Source: Lama guanicoe (taxonomy: Eukaryota). From it: a stretch of 64,000 nucleotides of DNA. This document shows, one piece after another, positions 1 through 13,367 of this stretch. The stretch spans positions 6,285,957 to 6,349,956 of the forward strand of contig MU053881.1 of assembly GCA_013239625.1 (NCBI GenBank). Reading direction: 5' to 3'. Below the pieces are notes generated by a model. It searched no databases. It was not told the DNA's origin and saw nothing but the letters and a program-made list of their open reading frames with translations. Each line of letters opens with the position of its first letter. The first letter of the stretch is position 1. A program made the translations under genes and the position numbers.

Positions 1-857
1 GGGTGGAAGGTGTCAGAGGTGGGAACTTAAGTCAGGGTCAGAGAATCTTCATTTTGCAGGTGCATGAAGTTAGAAGAGGGTGAAGAACAGTTAGCTTGGT
101 TCTGAGGAGAAAAGAATTCCTCAGCAAATCACGAGGGTTTAATGCAGGCAAATGAGGGACAAGGGTGCATTATTCCTACAGAAATGTTTGTTTCAGTTAG
201 CACTGTTCCTCTTACTCAATGTGATAAGTTGTTATCTTCTAAGCTAGAAATCTGGTCGTTTTTGTTTATGTCATGCCAACAACTTTATACAACACCTATT
301 AATGAATTTTGTCCTAATTTGCATTACTCACAGAGGTATCATTTACTGTTTCTGATATGGAAAGAGAAAACATGAGGTCACTCTGTTACAACTTCATATT
401 CAAGTATGCAGTCATATATTTAATACACCAAACGTATGTGTGATCATTTTATGAATAATAATTGAAGCTGCCAGTTTTTTTCTAAAGAGGTAAGGGCCCA
501 CACACCAGTATAATTTGAAGATGAAGTGTCCATTTATAGGCTAATATTTTCACTGGCAGCAGGAAAAGTAAATATTAACATAACATCATAAGGTTTCAGT
601 CACGCATAGATAAAAATAATAATTCTTCAGCTTTTAGGGAAAACCCAAAGCTAAATCCCCTCTACTGGATTTTCAAGGATCTGATTTAACAGAAAGTTAC
701 TCATTTTATGACTTTCAATTTTTTTCCTCAGGTAACTCACATTAAAATACAAATAAATAGTATTTACAAATACATGAATAAGTATATAATTAATATGTTG
801 GCTTTCAGATATTTTATTTGGAGGACACTTCATTTTTTATTTTGTATAATTTGAAAC

Positions 858-1490
858 CTAGGATGGTGGGAATGTATAATGGTGCAGCCAATATAATATG
901 ATGCAGCCACTGTGAAAAACAGTTAGGCAGTTACTCAAAAAGTTAAACACAGAGCTGCTATATGATCCAGCAATTTTATTCCTAGGCATATACTCAAAGA
1001 GAACTGAACACATATGTCCATACAAAAACTTAACACACGAATGTTCAGAGCAGCATTTAGATAACAGCAAAAAGGTGGAAACAACTCAGCTATTCGTCAA
1101 CTAATGAATGGATAAACAAAATGTGGTATATCCAAACAATGGAATATTAGTCAGCCACAAAAAGAAAGTATTGATACATGCTAAAAAATGGATGAGCCTC
1201 AAAAGCATGCTATATGAAAGAAGCCAGACACAAAGGTTGTATTATATGATTCCATTCATACTAAATGTCTAGCATGGACAAATCCATAGAGACAGAAAGT
1301 AGATTAAAGGCTGCCAGGGGCTGGGGGTAGGGGTAATGAGGAGCGACTAAGGTACAGGATTTCTTTCTAGGGTTGGAATATATTCTAGAATCAGATAAAG
1401 GTGATGATTGTACACCTTGTGAATATTCTAAATACCACTTAATTATACACTGTAACAGGATGAATTTTATGATATGTGAATCTCAAAAAC
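858..1490 (+). mobile_element. Old L1M (L1MB-like) ORF2 end and 3' UTR
   Basis: ggtgggaatgtataatggtgcagcc, tatgatccagcaatt, gaagccagacacaaagg, atccatagagacagaaagtagatt motifs. Confidence 0.88.
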
Positions 1491-1738
1491 AACCCCCAAA
1501 ACCCAACAACAAAAATCTGGGTTTGCTTCCCACCCTTCCCCCCTTTAAATGTACTCAGAATAGTGAGTTTGTAATATTTACCATTAAATTTGTGGTAATA
1601 TGTTAAAATAGTACTAGGAAATTAATATAGTTGGTAACATCAAGTCTAATGCTACGGAGCTGTGTTCCAAACTAGGGAGAATTAAGAGTAGAGACAAACA
1701 CAAACAAAGAGATATAGAAGCAGTGAGTGAAGAAAGTA

Positions 1739-2044
1739 CAGCTGGTCCTCCATATCCACAAACTCCACATCCATGGATTCAACCTACCAGAGATCACAAA
1801 TATTCAGGAAAAAAATTCCAGAAAGTTCCAAAAAGCAAAACTTGAATCTGCCACAGGTGGCAATTGTTTGCACTGTATTAGGTATTACAAGCAATCTAGA
1901 GATGATTTAAAGTATATGGGAGGACGTGCGCAGGTTATTTGCAAACACTATGCCATTTTATATAAGGAACTTGAGCAAATGCAGATTTTGGTATCAGGGG
2001 AGTGGTCCTGGAACCTGGCCCCTATGGACACTGAGGGTCAACTG
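1739..2044. mobile_element. Tigger3a-like non-autonomous TcMar DNA transposon
   Basis: TA-flanked imperfect inverted termini cagctggtcctccatatc / gacactgagggtcaactg; internal aaaattccagaaagttccaaaaagcaaaacttgaa. Confidence 0.85.
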
Positions 2045-2464
2045 TAATCCATTTAAAACCGAGTACCAACAGGTAATCTCTTAAGAGCCAGTGACTTTTG
2101 CAGGTCTTGGCCTACATCACCTGCTGTTCCCCAGTACTTCATTAGGATAACATTACTAAAGTCCTATTAGAAAAAGTCTTGAGAAATGTGCAGCACTAGA
2201 TTTATCTTGGGCTCAAATTCGGTTTTCACTTCAGTTTCCCTCTAAATTGACTACGAGTTCTAGCTGCCTTTGAAATGAGTTACAGCTTCAGGAAGGCAGG
2301 ATGTTTCAGTGTCTGTCAGGAAGTGTCATCAGTTCTTGTTTCCACAGGAAAATAAGAGCCCAAGTACTGAAGGCAGAGTAGCTGCATTAAGGGTACTGGA
2401 TTTGCCTTATTTTGAGGTCCCAGTGTCAGCCAGTGCCCGTAACAGTGCATTCAATAAATATTTG

Positions 2465-2605
2465 TCTTAATTAATATATACTGAGTACTTGTTTTGTGAC
2501 AGGAATTCTTCTAGGTCCCTTCACACATCTTTATCTTATTTTACCCACATGGCAACACTTCAAAGTAGATATTTCCTTTTAATAGATGAGAAAATTGAGG
2601 CTCCC
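2465..2605 (-). mobile_element. MIR fragment (next to an L2-like 3' tail)
   Basis: agatgagaaaattgaggctc core. Confidence 0.6.
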
Positions 2606-3369
2606 TTTAGGTCCTCTCCCTAGGGAATCAGAATGTTTATTTTAGTTCCCAGAAGGAAAATACACTGCCTACTGCAGCCCATTATACTTTCTATCCAAGA
2701 AACCTACCCTAAAAGTTTCATCCCTGAAGCATCTCATTCCCTGGGGTGCTCTGGACTCTCTACCCTCAGAACCAGGTAAGTTATTAAAACTGGGTCTGGA
2801 CTTAATGGGCTGCTTTCTGCCTACAGGGCCAGCTAATTAGTCTTAATTATCTCATTATAGATTCTAAGTATTTCCAGCTGCTTCTTTACCCCTTATTGCC
2901 CACTCCCCTCCCCCAAATGTCTATTTCCCAGATAGTCTCTGCCAAGTCGAGAACATGGGTTATATAGTGATGTTTTCTTCCTATCTATCAGAATATTTGC
3001 TATTTCTGATGAAGCTTCTCACTTTCTAAATCCTCTTGGAATATTCACCTCTGTGTTCTTTTTTCCATGAGAAAGAATATGCTTTAGCCAATTATTAGAC
3101 ATAAGAACACATTCTTTCACTGACCACAGAACTATAATATACCTATATAGGGCAAATTATAAACATGAATCTTATCTGTTTATTTGATAGAAGCTTGGAA
3201 AATAATCCCTTCTCCCTTCTTCTCACTGCTCCCAAGTCTCAAATCAATCATTAAGTCCAAATAATTCAAATAAAAATGAGGAAGAAAAAGTTACATTTGC
3301 TAACTGATTTTGAGAATGTGAAAGGCGAAGTAGTAGCTTAGCAAAAGTGAATGAGAATATGTGGTCAGA

Positions 3370-3550
3370 GGGCTACAAGTTACATGACTGACCTTGGGAA
3401 AGTCATTTAATCTCTCTGTACCTCACTTTTCTAACAGATAAACAATGCAATAATACTTATTTAATGTGGGCTGTTGTGAGGATCAAGTAGGAAGGTGTAT
3501 ATCGAAGTAGGTTATAAACTATAAATTGATAAACAAATATTAGTTATTAT
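3370..3550 (+). mobile_element. MIR fragment
   Basis: tgaccttgggaaagtcatttaatctctctgtacctcac core. Confidence 0.75.
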
Positions 3551-6500
3551 TAATAAAGAAAAGCAAAGTTACATTCCACAATGTATTTTCACTTCTATCT
3601 TTGGTAGTTATTTCTAGAATACTCTTTCCTTTTTATTCAAGTAATTTATTTGTTATTTAAAATTTCTCAAAGTTAAGCTAGAGATATTTTCAGGTGCCAA
3701 TCACCTGTTATAAGCCACAAAGGTAAATGGATACTATGCTACCTTCATCTCTGAAGAAACAACTTTCTCTTAACGTCTATAAACACCGATGGAAATTCGT
3801 ATTCCCATGATCATTAAAAAACATGACTAAAAATTAAATAAAATAAAAAAAAAGACTGCTTCTGAGAGTTGGAATATCTGAGGAAAGCACTGCTCACTCA
3901 GATCCCATCAACATGCTTCTCATTTGAGTAGCTCAAGATAAGGTACAATCATAAAATGTTCAAGGAAAATCAACTGTGACACTGAGCAATTCTAAATTTG
4001 TGGTTGGTAAAAAACTTCCTTTGCAAGTAATAATATTTAGTTCTCCATAAAACAAAAAGATTTGTTGTAGCTCTTTCCCACACTTCCCCTCTCCAATATT
4101 TGTCAACTGAATTCACCTCCATTCAAATTAAACAAAATAAAAGGTTTTTATTTATTCAAGTATTTTACACTGAACAGCTCCCTGGAGGTTCTCCATTTAC
4201 TGGCTTGGGTAATATTATCTTTCCTTTAGTTTATTAGATTGACAAAGTTAATTTAAAAATAACCTTGGGAACTTTAAGTGATTCTTGAAAGGGCTAACAT
4301 GAATGCACATACGGTCAGTCACCTATCTTTTTCTGTATGTAATAGTATTTATTGTATTTATTTTTTTGTATTTATTTTTATAATTTCTTAGAATACAAAA
4401 AAATGTTGTCAACATGAAACATCGCATCATTCTGATGATGAAATGCTTTCAGTGCTGTTCTTTATACAAGTGAACATTTCATCTAGTTTAGCCAAGGAGC
4501 AATTTGATAAAGTGGTACAACTGTTTATTGCCAAAAACTCCCCATTTTAATCTGAAATACAACCTGAGGCATATAGCACCTAATTAAATTCATACAAAGT
4601 ACAAATTATTGAATAGAAACCAAACAGCATTCCAAAGTAAATACCAATTAATGTGACACTCAATTTCTTCACTCTAATGTGCGTGGTTTATAGACAAAAC
4701 ATTCAAATTCTTTTGTAGGATTCAATTAGAATATGCTTTATATTTCAATCCAAGAATCACATCCAAATGCTTTGTAAGCAGTTTGGTTAGGTATTTTTTT
4801 CTATTTGAGTCTTACCAAAAAAAAACCAAAAACCCAAAAAAAGTCACTGATTTAAAAAGTTCCTCCTCAAATTTTTCTTTGTTTAATTTGAGAGGAATTC
4901 TTATTACCTAATATTTTTTCATTTAATACATGGATCTGTGCTTCTTTTGACAACAGCACTCTTTTTCCCTTGTTTCCATGACAGTGAACACACAACAGAA
5001 AACTAGAAAGCCACAAATACAGGAATTCTAACAGCAACATTCCAGTCAATCTAGTTTGTGAGACAAGACTTCAAATAATAAACCTGTGTTCAGCAAGACT
5101 CAACAAATGATTGTCTATGAAGTAATAACTTGAGCAGAGAGCCACAAGTGACTAACGGAGCACGAGAGTGGCCAAGTGTAGCTAATCACTTGTGAAAGTA
5201 ATCAGCCACTTGATTTGTTTTGCCTTGGAGAGCCCCATGATCAAAGCTACTCCCAGAGAGAACCTGGCAGGCAGAGCTGATTTCAGAAGCCACGATTATG
5301 GCATCTTGGTTATAGTATACCTGTGTGTCACTCATTCACCAAATACTAACTGAGCACCTACAATGGAGAGATACTGAGATTAGTGCTAGAAAACAAGAAA
5401 AAGGCAAAGTCTATACCCTAAAGGAGTTCAACATATTTTGGGAAGAAAATCAACTCTGGTTCTTAACCAAGGGAAGAAAGCTCTGGTAATATATACCACA
5501 AATCATCACTTGATGCTTATAATATGCTTAATTATTTTAAAAAGTGGGAAACACTAATAAAAACGTTTCTTTCCAAACAATGTATAAGTTCCACTTATCA
5601 GTATAGGTGCTATTTTTAATTTTATCTATTCCCAGATTCAATTTATTTATATTGAACATTTTCCATGTACCGGGCCCTTCCACATAGCCTTTGTCTGTTT
5701 TTCCCAAGGTATCTAAAAACTGCTTTCAATGTAACAAATATTTACCTGTAAAAAAGAAAAACTTGAACTAAAAAATACCAGTTTATGCTTTATATTGTCT
5801 TGGGTTAAATATTTCAAAGGAATCTAATCTTGCAAAACCTAATAAAAACCCATTATTTAAATTATATATTTTTACTTCAGTTTCTCACATTTCACATTTA
5901 CATTAATACTAAATAAAAGTAGTCTTCAAAAAGGCAGTGCACAATGCAGGATCTTTCTGGGCAACATCATGACTATCAATTATCAATGCAATACTAAGTG
6001 TAGTAGTGCTGTGAATACCGACGGTGCTACCCTGCTGTTTAAGCCACCAGATTTATGAGGGGTTCTTTTGTCTCTGATGACCATATGAAAAAGGATCTTA
6101 ACTCATTCCATTTCCAGGTCCTGAGAACGTGTGTGAAATAAACCTACCTCTAGGAAATCTCCTCCGGCTAGTTCTCTTTAACTTTGGTCTCCCTCCTTCT
6201 TTCACTCTGTCCTGACAGCCATTAAAAGGACATTTTTAAGGTTTAGGAAATAGTTAGACAAGGGTTTTCATAATCTCCTTTAATGCCTGGACAACCAGGA
6301 AAGCAAGAGGGCAAGCTTCTTGAGGTCCGGGGCTGTAAGCCTGAGTCTTTTCCTCGCCGTCAGAGCTCGGCACAGTGTGCTCTCTAAATGATTATGAAGG
6401 ATGATGACAAAAAGTCTGGGCGGCTCTTCTCTCCAAGGCAGCAGCCGAGAGGTAATTCAGGCCAGTGTGCAGTATGCAAAGCTGTCACTCAGATCTCCCA

Positions 6501-6559
6501 CTTGCCTAAGGTAGCAGATGATTGGGTTTTGCATGCCTGGTTTACACTCTTCAAATATT

Positions 6560-6800
6560 TATAGACAGTTCTCTTTGCCTCAAGCCCTAGTTGTCACTTA
6601 GCCAAGTTATACATACATGGTTCTTTTAATCTTTCCTTAGAAATCAATCCCTCTAAGCTCCTTAATCATTCTAGTTGCATTTCTCTCAACTTTTGGCTGT
6701 TCGTCTTTCTGGTAATTTATTCTGTTGAAATGCATGAAAATAATACAGACTTGGAGCAGAGAAAGGTTTAGTCATCTTTCCATTTTAAGGGTCAATGCCT
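6560..6800 (-). mobile_element. Ancient L3/CR1-like LINE fragment
   Basis: ccctctaagctccttaatcattctagttgcatttctctcaac resembles the reverse of the CR1 RT 3' region; very diverged. Confidence 0.4.
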
Positions 6801-7129
6801 TTCATGTGCAAAATACAATTATTTATCTATTTTCCTTATATATGATCATGTTTAAAAAAATCACATTTAAGTTGATGGATCAATCAATACATTGCAAGAG
6901 AAAGGAAGAAAAAAGTATTATTAGTATTATATTCTCTAAGGATGATATCATCATTGATTAAATGGCCTCATGTGTCTATAAACTGATTAATTTAACCTGC
7001 AGTATTCGAACATGGGGAAAAATGGGAATCCAGAACAAGACGGTCAACACAGAGAACTTAAATGCCCATCCTAAGATAACTACCTACCTGTGGATACTTC
7101 TGACTAACTTTAGCTTTTCAATGAAACAA

Positions 7130-7600
7130 ATTAAAAAACAAGTTAAATTTTCCCATTATAAAAGTAATACAATTAAGAAAATTTCAAATAATCACAAATG
7201 AGGACAAGTTCCCTATAGTGCACTACCCAATGACAGCATTGAACATTTCTGAAGAATCTCACTTAAGCCTTTTTTTGGATGCACTGTTCCCTCCCCCCGC
7301 CCGTGGGCATGCTCATAATCATCTGCACAGCTTAACATCTTACTTTTTTACTTAATATAACATAAAATTTCATGTGTTACATTGTCTCCAAATCATGATT
7401 TTTAATGACTACAGACTATTTCATCAAGTAAGTGGATGTGCCATAATTTTACAGTTCCCTATTGTCGGGCACTTGCATCGTTTCCATTTTTTTCTCTAGA
7501 TTAAATGTCATTACAAAGAAAATCTTTGGGTATAAAGCTTTTCTGTATTTAAGATTATTCTTCAATTCATAACAGTAAAATTAATGAATAAAAGGATATC
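7130..7600 (-). mobile_element. Old L1ME-like 3' fragment
   Basis: ggatgtgccataattt...ttccctattgtcgggcacttgcatcgtttccatttttt. Confidence 0.65.
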
Positions 7601-7861
7601 TAGAAAATAAATTGTGACAAAGAATTACTGAAGTACTATTTGAAGTGAGAAAAAAAAACCACTTTAAATACAGGTACATCTTTTGGCTCTGAGTGGTAAC
7701 AAGTGAATGCTCAAATCTTAGAAAGTTGTAGAAACTGCAGAGCTATCAAAAATGGCAAATTCCAGTAAGTTAAATGTGGTACTCACTAATATGATACTTC
7801 TTGGTTCATGCTAAGTATACTGTTGACCCCCTATTAATCAAGCTTAAATTCTTAACCTTAC

Positions 7862-7970
7862 CTAGATCTACCATCAGAAGACGAGTGAGGGCTGTGTAGA
7901 AGGTGGTTCGGCACCTGAAGTCACTGACACTGTAACTGTCACTGATGCCAAGAAAGGGGAAGTGTTCACT
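7862..7970 (-). CDS. RANBP17: RANBP17 coding exon (109 nt; exon 18), [36 protein letters not shown](G)
   Basis: Acceptor cttttgctttcattag|AGTGAA; donor CTAG|gtaagg; follows a 90-nt intron (7971-8060). [11 protein letters not shown]...[16 protein letters not shown] fits RANBP17 rather than XPO7 as I recall them. Confidence 0.96.
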
Positions 7971-8060
7971 CTAATGAAAGCAAAAGAGCATCCAAAGTTA
8001 CTAATGTTACCTAAACTACTCAGAAAACTCTAGTCATTAATTAAAGGAAATTAGACTCAC

Positions 8061-8124
8061 CGTATGATTTTTTAGCATGAATTTCACAGCATCTATCTTC
8101 ACAAGTTTTTTTAAAAGGATATAG
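8061..8124 (-). CDS. RANBP17: RANBP17 coding exon (64 nt; exon 17), (G)YILLKKLVKIDAVKFMLKNHT
   Basis: Preceded by ttccttaac-ttctattac (U12 branch plus AC acceptor); ends CATACG|gtgagt; phase 2 to 0. Confidence 0.95.
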
Positions 8125-8669
8125 GTAATAGAAGTTAAGGAATCTGAGGAAATGTAATTGTGTTATCAATAAGTAATAGATCACAAAATAACCTGAGCTA
8201 TAATGGCATCAATTTCTCTTTATGAAGAATAAATATTGTTTCTAGAGAGTATTATTCCTATAGAAATGCCTTCCATTCTGTTAAAAAATGATAATCCATT
8301 ATTAACCAGTGCAATTACTTTTCCTTTCTTATACATATTCTAGTTATGGAAAGGAAGAATGAATTTTATAATTAAGACAAAATTTTTTTTTCTTACTATT
8401 AAAGCCTTGATAGTGGGAAATTAAAATTGACCCTTTTTAAATTTTGGGTATAACTTGAGAACTTCTTTTCACTTCATATTATTTCATAAAAAATAATTAT
8501 GAAAGACCCATCATAGACTATTAAGAAAGAGAAAATTATTCAATTCTAAGAAACATGAGCTGAGTTAGCAGAGATCTAAGCAAATCCTGCTTTAGATGAA
8601 GAAGATAGAAATGTAATTAGGAGGATGTTGAAGACTGCGCATCAAGTGCTGAAGGGCAGGCTTAAAGGA

Positions 8670-8900
8670 CCTAGTATTTCTCAAGGACCTACTAGGTGCA
8701 AGGCATTTTATATTTGTTAACTCACCTAATCTTCACAATTATACTGTTACATATTACTTATTATGCCTAATCTGTAGATAAGAAAACTCAGAGAAATTGA
8801 GTTACTTGCCCAAGATTACACAGCTGTGGACTGAGAGTGCTGAGATTTGATTTGAGGTTTGACTACAAAGGCCATGTTCTTTCTCCTGTATCATATCACC
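8670..8900 (-). mobile_element. MIR
   Basis: gataagaaaactcagagaaattgagttacttgcccaagattacacagct. Confidence 0.8.
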
Positions 8901-9299
8901 TGAACAGTTCAACTCAGAATAAGAATAAAGTTGAAAAATCGTGAACAAGATCACAAGGCCTAGACAATTTCTGTTTCATGCTGTCATCAAAGAAGAGCTG
9001 AAGTGAGTTCTTAGAACATCTATTCAGTATAGAAACACCCTCCACTCTTACTTGGGGTTAACCCTAGTCGTGTTTCCTGCTCTAGCTGGGGCACCTCTTG
9101 GGCATTCTCCACATACTTACACCTTTCTTCAGGCCATAATAACCGTATGGGGCTCCATTCATGCCCCAGTGAATACACTGGCTCGTTTCCTTCACACCAT
9201 CTTCAAGTGCAGAACTCTGTATATTGCCTCTGTACAGTGGCACTGACACGCCTAATTCTAAAGTTTAGTCACTCAGGTGTGGGTGTAAAAGAGAAGAAA

Positions 9300-9480
9300 A
9301 TATACTGAACACAAGTCAGGAAACGTGGGCTTTCAGCCAGACTACACCGCCACTCAGTCAGTGGGGTGAGTCTGACTGCTGCACTCAGCCACTCTGAGCC
9401 TTGCTTTCCCTCTCTAACAAATGAGGTTGTCAGGTTGTAAGGATTTTTGTGAGGATCAGATGTAACCATCTTTGCCAATT
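9300..9480 (+). mobile_element. MIR fragment
   Basis: actctgagccttgctttccctctctaacaaatgagg...ggatttttgtgaggatcagatg. Confidence 0.6.
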
Positions 9481-10644
9481 ATGAATCAGGGAGGAAGACA
9501 CACAGAAGCAGAGAATTAACAGTTATGGAATGTAAACTTTCCAGAAGATAAGCGACTAGTATGATTCAGATTCAAGCCCCTCTAGCTCTAAAGCAACCAC
9601 TGCAGTTGTGTATTAAACAACTGTGTATTTGGCTTACCTCGACACTAGATGGCAAAGTGTCTAAGAGCAGGGGCCACAGCTATGTGTCTTCCTCAGTGGG
9701 TGCTCAGTGTACTGTGTGTGTCTGGTAGGCTGAAGGGCAGTAAGATCAGGGTAATAGGTAGCAAGTCTTCCCCTGTTTACAAAGATGCAGATTTGATGAT
9801 TGCTCCCAGTGTAAATCACTGAGCAGAAGAACTGCCACTCAAACTTCACTCAGTTAAACAGGGGTAGGGATCAATAAGCTAAGAAATATCTTAAGTAATT
9901 ACCAAATACAATTCTCTTTGAATTGCAAAGCTAAAAGTGACAGGGTCTATGGGTAGTAAGAATGCTGCCATTAATAGGAATCTTCCTGTCAGTGCTGCTA
10001 ATAAAGAGCAAGTCATGTTTTGACAATAGAATATTTATGGTAGCAATAAACAGAACATTCACAGGAAGAATCTCATCTGCTAAAGACACATTTTCTGCAG
10101 AACTGCATCTGCGCACTTTGTACCAAGGCCAGCCACACTGCCTTTTAATTACATTCTAAAGAAAACAATGATTAAGAATGAATTTTTACTTTTTTCAATA
10201 AAAGAAAAAATGAAAGTTCATCTGAATATTTATATTCCCTTATATGAATTCTATTCAAAGCTAGCTATGGCCCTTAAGAGGATCTTTAATGTTTTTTTTA
10301 AAAAGGTAGATGGATACACCATTTATATAATCTATATGTATTTATACTTTCATTTTCTTCTTCTCTAACAGACTAGGGCTCTTGTAAGTTGCACCATTTT
10401 AGTTGGGTGTAATCCTAGGTTAGATTTCAGAGGCCTGCTGACAACAGTTCGTAACAGTACACATGGTAATGGTGGTTAACAGTAACAGCAACAGTAGCAG
10501 AAGTCTCAAATAGTGAGTAATTTAGTAAAGGTCACACATGGAACATATAAATGGTAGAGTCAAGATTCAAATCCAAAGTTCAAAGGTCTGTGTGACTTGA
10601 AAGAAGCAGCTCTCTTCACTAGGTTATATCATAGTCATTTGATA

Positions 10645-11125
10645 TTTTTTAAAACTGAAGTACAATTACAATGTGCCAATTTCTGGTGTACAGCACAATA
10701 TCCCAGTCATGCATATACATATGTATACTTGTTTTCATATTTTTTTTTCCATTACAGGTTATTACAAGATATTGAACATAGTTTCCTGTGCTATACAGAA
10801 GAAACTTTTTAAAAATGTATTTTTATATATTATATATAGTGGCTAACATTTGTAAATCGCAAACTCCCAAATTTATCCCTTCCCACCCTCTTTCCCCAGT
10901 AACCATAAGATTGTTTACTATGTCTGCAAATCTGTTTCTGTTTTGTAGATGAGTTCATAGTGTCCTTTTTTTTTTAGATTCCACATATAAGTGATATCAT
11001 ATAGTATTTTTCTTTCTCTTCCTGGCTTACTTCACTTAGAATGACAATCTCGAGGTCCATCCATGCTGCTGCAAATGGCATTATTTCATTCTTTTTATGG
11101 CTGAGTAGTATTCCACTGTATACAT
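10645..11125 (-). mobile_element. 5'-truncated lineage-specific L1 3' end
   Basis: cttacttcacttagaatgacaatc, gctgcaaatggcattatttcattctttttatggctgagtagtattcc; same family as the 60230-60558 segment; tcatttgat flanks both ends. Confidence 0.9.
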
Positions 11126-11603
11126 TCATTTGATTTTAAAGAGGCCAAATGATTCTACAGAAATCACTAGCTTCTTGAGATACAACTGCAACTGGAACTA
11201 GGTCCCAGAAAGGACAGGTAAAATGTTCCTCTAGGAGGCATCAGTTCACTAGTGAGCCTCATCACACCCACGACTGAGCAAACTCCATAGCCTAACACTA
11301 ACTCAAAAACAAAATTCTCAGAAAATTCCTGTCTGTATCCATGCGGCTATGAAAACACTGACAAAGGTGAAAACGACCTTGCTGATACGACAAATGGAGA
11401 AAGGTAAGAAAAAGTCAAAAGAATGGCATATCTTAGAGGTGGCCAAAATTTTTGAAAATCTGTATCCTTTTAAGAGGAGATTAACCAAATTGAGAATGAC
11501 CTGGTTTCTTAAGTTACAAGAGTACCATATACTTCAGTAGCTAACAGGCACAGAAATGCCAAGTATGACTTCAGTTCATGATATCAAGCCTTTACTGAGT
11601 ACT

Positions 11604-11770
11604 ACCAAATTTCACCAATCCTAAAACACAACTGTCTATAAAAATATTACCATTTTACATGCTACTAAGAAAGAAAAAGTGTTTAAAAATACCATCAATT
11701 ACAAGACATTTTATTTACATAAGTGGTAAAATGTGAAAAAACTTGTTTTCGACTCAAAGAAGCAAAGTAC
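11604..11770. mobile_element. MER104-like (TcMar-Tc2) DNA transposon fossil
   Basis: Degenerate termini ccaaatttcaccaatcctaa / ttcgactcaaagaagcaaag with internal aaaatgtgaaaaaa. Confidence 0.5.
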
Positions 11771-12319
11771 TAGATGAATGATATTACTAAGCACAAGAGG
11801 GCAGATGATGGTACTGATCTCGGCAATTCTGCAAAACCCATAAATATTTACAAATATTACAGACAGAATTAGATCCTGATGATAGAAGAAAGTTCAGAGG
11901 TAAGAAAGTTAACCGTTAGAAATTACTGTAGGTAGAGGATAGGTACGTACTGTAATTAATGAAATATTAGTTTAGCTATTTCAAAAGTAGAATTATGCTC
12001 ATGAACCCTACTATACCAAACAGGTATAACCCCAACGAAACATCTTAAGGGATACTAATAATCACTTACAAGGAATAAGAGATAAGACTTAGTCACTCAA
12101 CAGAAGGGGAAACAATATGTTGAAATGTCTGTTATGTGATGAACTTTTGAAACAATAGAGAAAGGAAACAAAAGAATCCAAATCTCTTATAATTTACAAC
12201 ATAATAGGAGAGAGAACTAGCCAACCCTGGGCTATATTATATTCACCCCTAGAAATATAGGTAAGAATTAGGTGCTCAAGAACATTATGAAAAATAAATG
12301 ATAGAAATGAAAATGAAGT

Positions 12320-12540
12320 ATTTAACAGGACCTACTATGTGACTGGGTCAGTGGTAGTAGGTGTTTTATTATAGTTAGAAAATACAGATATATTTTATAA
12401 ATATATTATCTTACTTAATCCTTACAAAACCCGAAGAGACGGATAATATTCCCTTTCTACAGATGAAGGAACTGAGCCTTGGAGAAATTAAATGACTTGT
12501 TTGTGTTCTTTCAGTTAACACAGTGGCTAAGGGTTATAAC
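12320..12540 (-). mobile_element. MIR
   Basis: tacagatgaaggaactgagccttggagaaattaaatgacttg. Confidence 0.8.
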
Positions 12541-13325
12541 TATTTCAGGATGACTCTACTTTAGCAAGACCTGAAAATTTAAGAGACCTAATTGAGTTAC
12601 AATGGGTCAAATGAGGAGAATAGCATATGTGGTGATTCAGTGAAAGATAATGAAGGGTGTCAAGGGGAAGGAAAAATAAATTTCCTTGGCCCAAGCATAA
12701 AGTACAAATTGTGGTTGAGTGGTGGATCAGGAAATAGTTATGGGAACTCAATAAGTCAAGTACCATTAAAGGACTCAAGTTTAAATCAATAATTTTACTT
12801 TGACCCAAGAAGTGGAAGTGATTCTAGGCTTTTGGGACGAGAAATGATCAGATCAAACAATACTCAAGGAAGGTAATCTTGTGAAGCAAGCATCTACAAA
12901 GAATGGAGTGAAGGGCTGCATCAGTGGGCTACAGAAGAGGAGTAGAGAAGAGTCTTATACGTCATTCTAGTATAAAAACAAATGCAGCAGATAACTTATG
13001 GGATGACTTTTCCAAGGATGACAAGAGATAGCAAACAAAGAAATAAATCAACATTTCTCTTGATGAGAAATGTTAACAGAAGTATGCCTGGGGGACGTAG
13101 CTGAAACTAGTTTTATTTAACATTCTGAAAACCATCTGGAGATGGTGGTATTCACTGAAATAAAGCAATATATTTTAATACCGTTTCACAAAAGCAGAAT
13201 TACTACTGGTTAGTACTAAATATCTCCTGTAAGAGACATACTCAATTTTACTTTCATCCTTCACTCGTATTTCATTCTAGACCTTCGTTTTATCTCTCAT
13301 CCTCTACTCTTTCCTGTTTTGTATC

Positions 13326-13327
<2 letters not shown>

Positions 13328-13364
<37 letters not shown>
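13328..13364. repeat. (TG)n microsatellite forming the SINE tail
   Basis: Direct reading of about 18 TG units. Confidence 0.97.

Positions 13365-13367
<3 letters not shown>

Noticed and set aside
1727..2047. 106-aa ORF
   Set aside because: Coincides with the non-autonomous Tigger3a-like element; non-ATG start.
1..7861. Next RANBP17 exon (expected to start EDEDEF-like)
   Set aside because: No matching sequence found on the minus strand; it probably lies beyond the window start.
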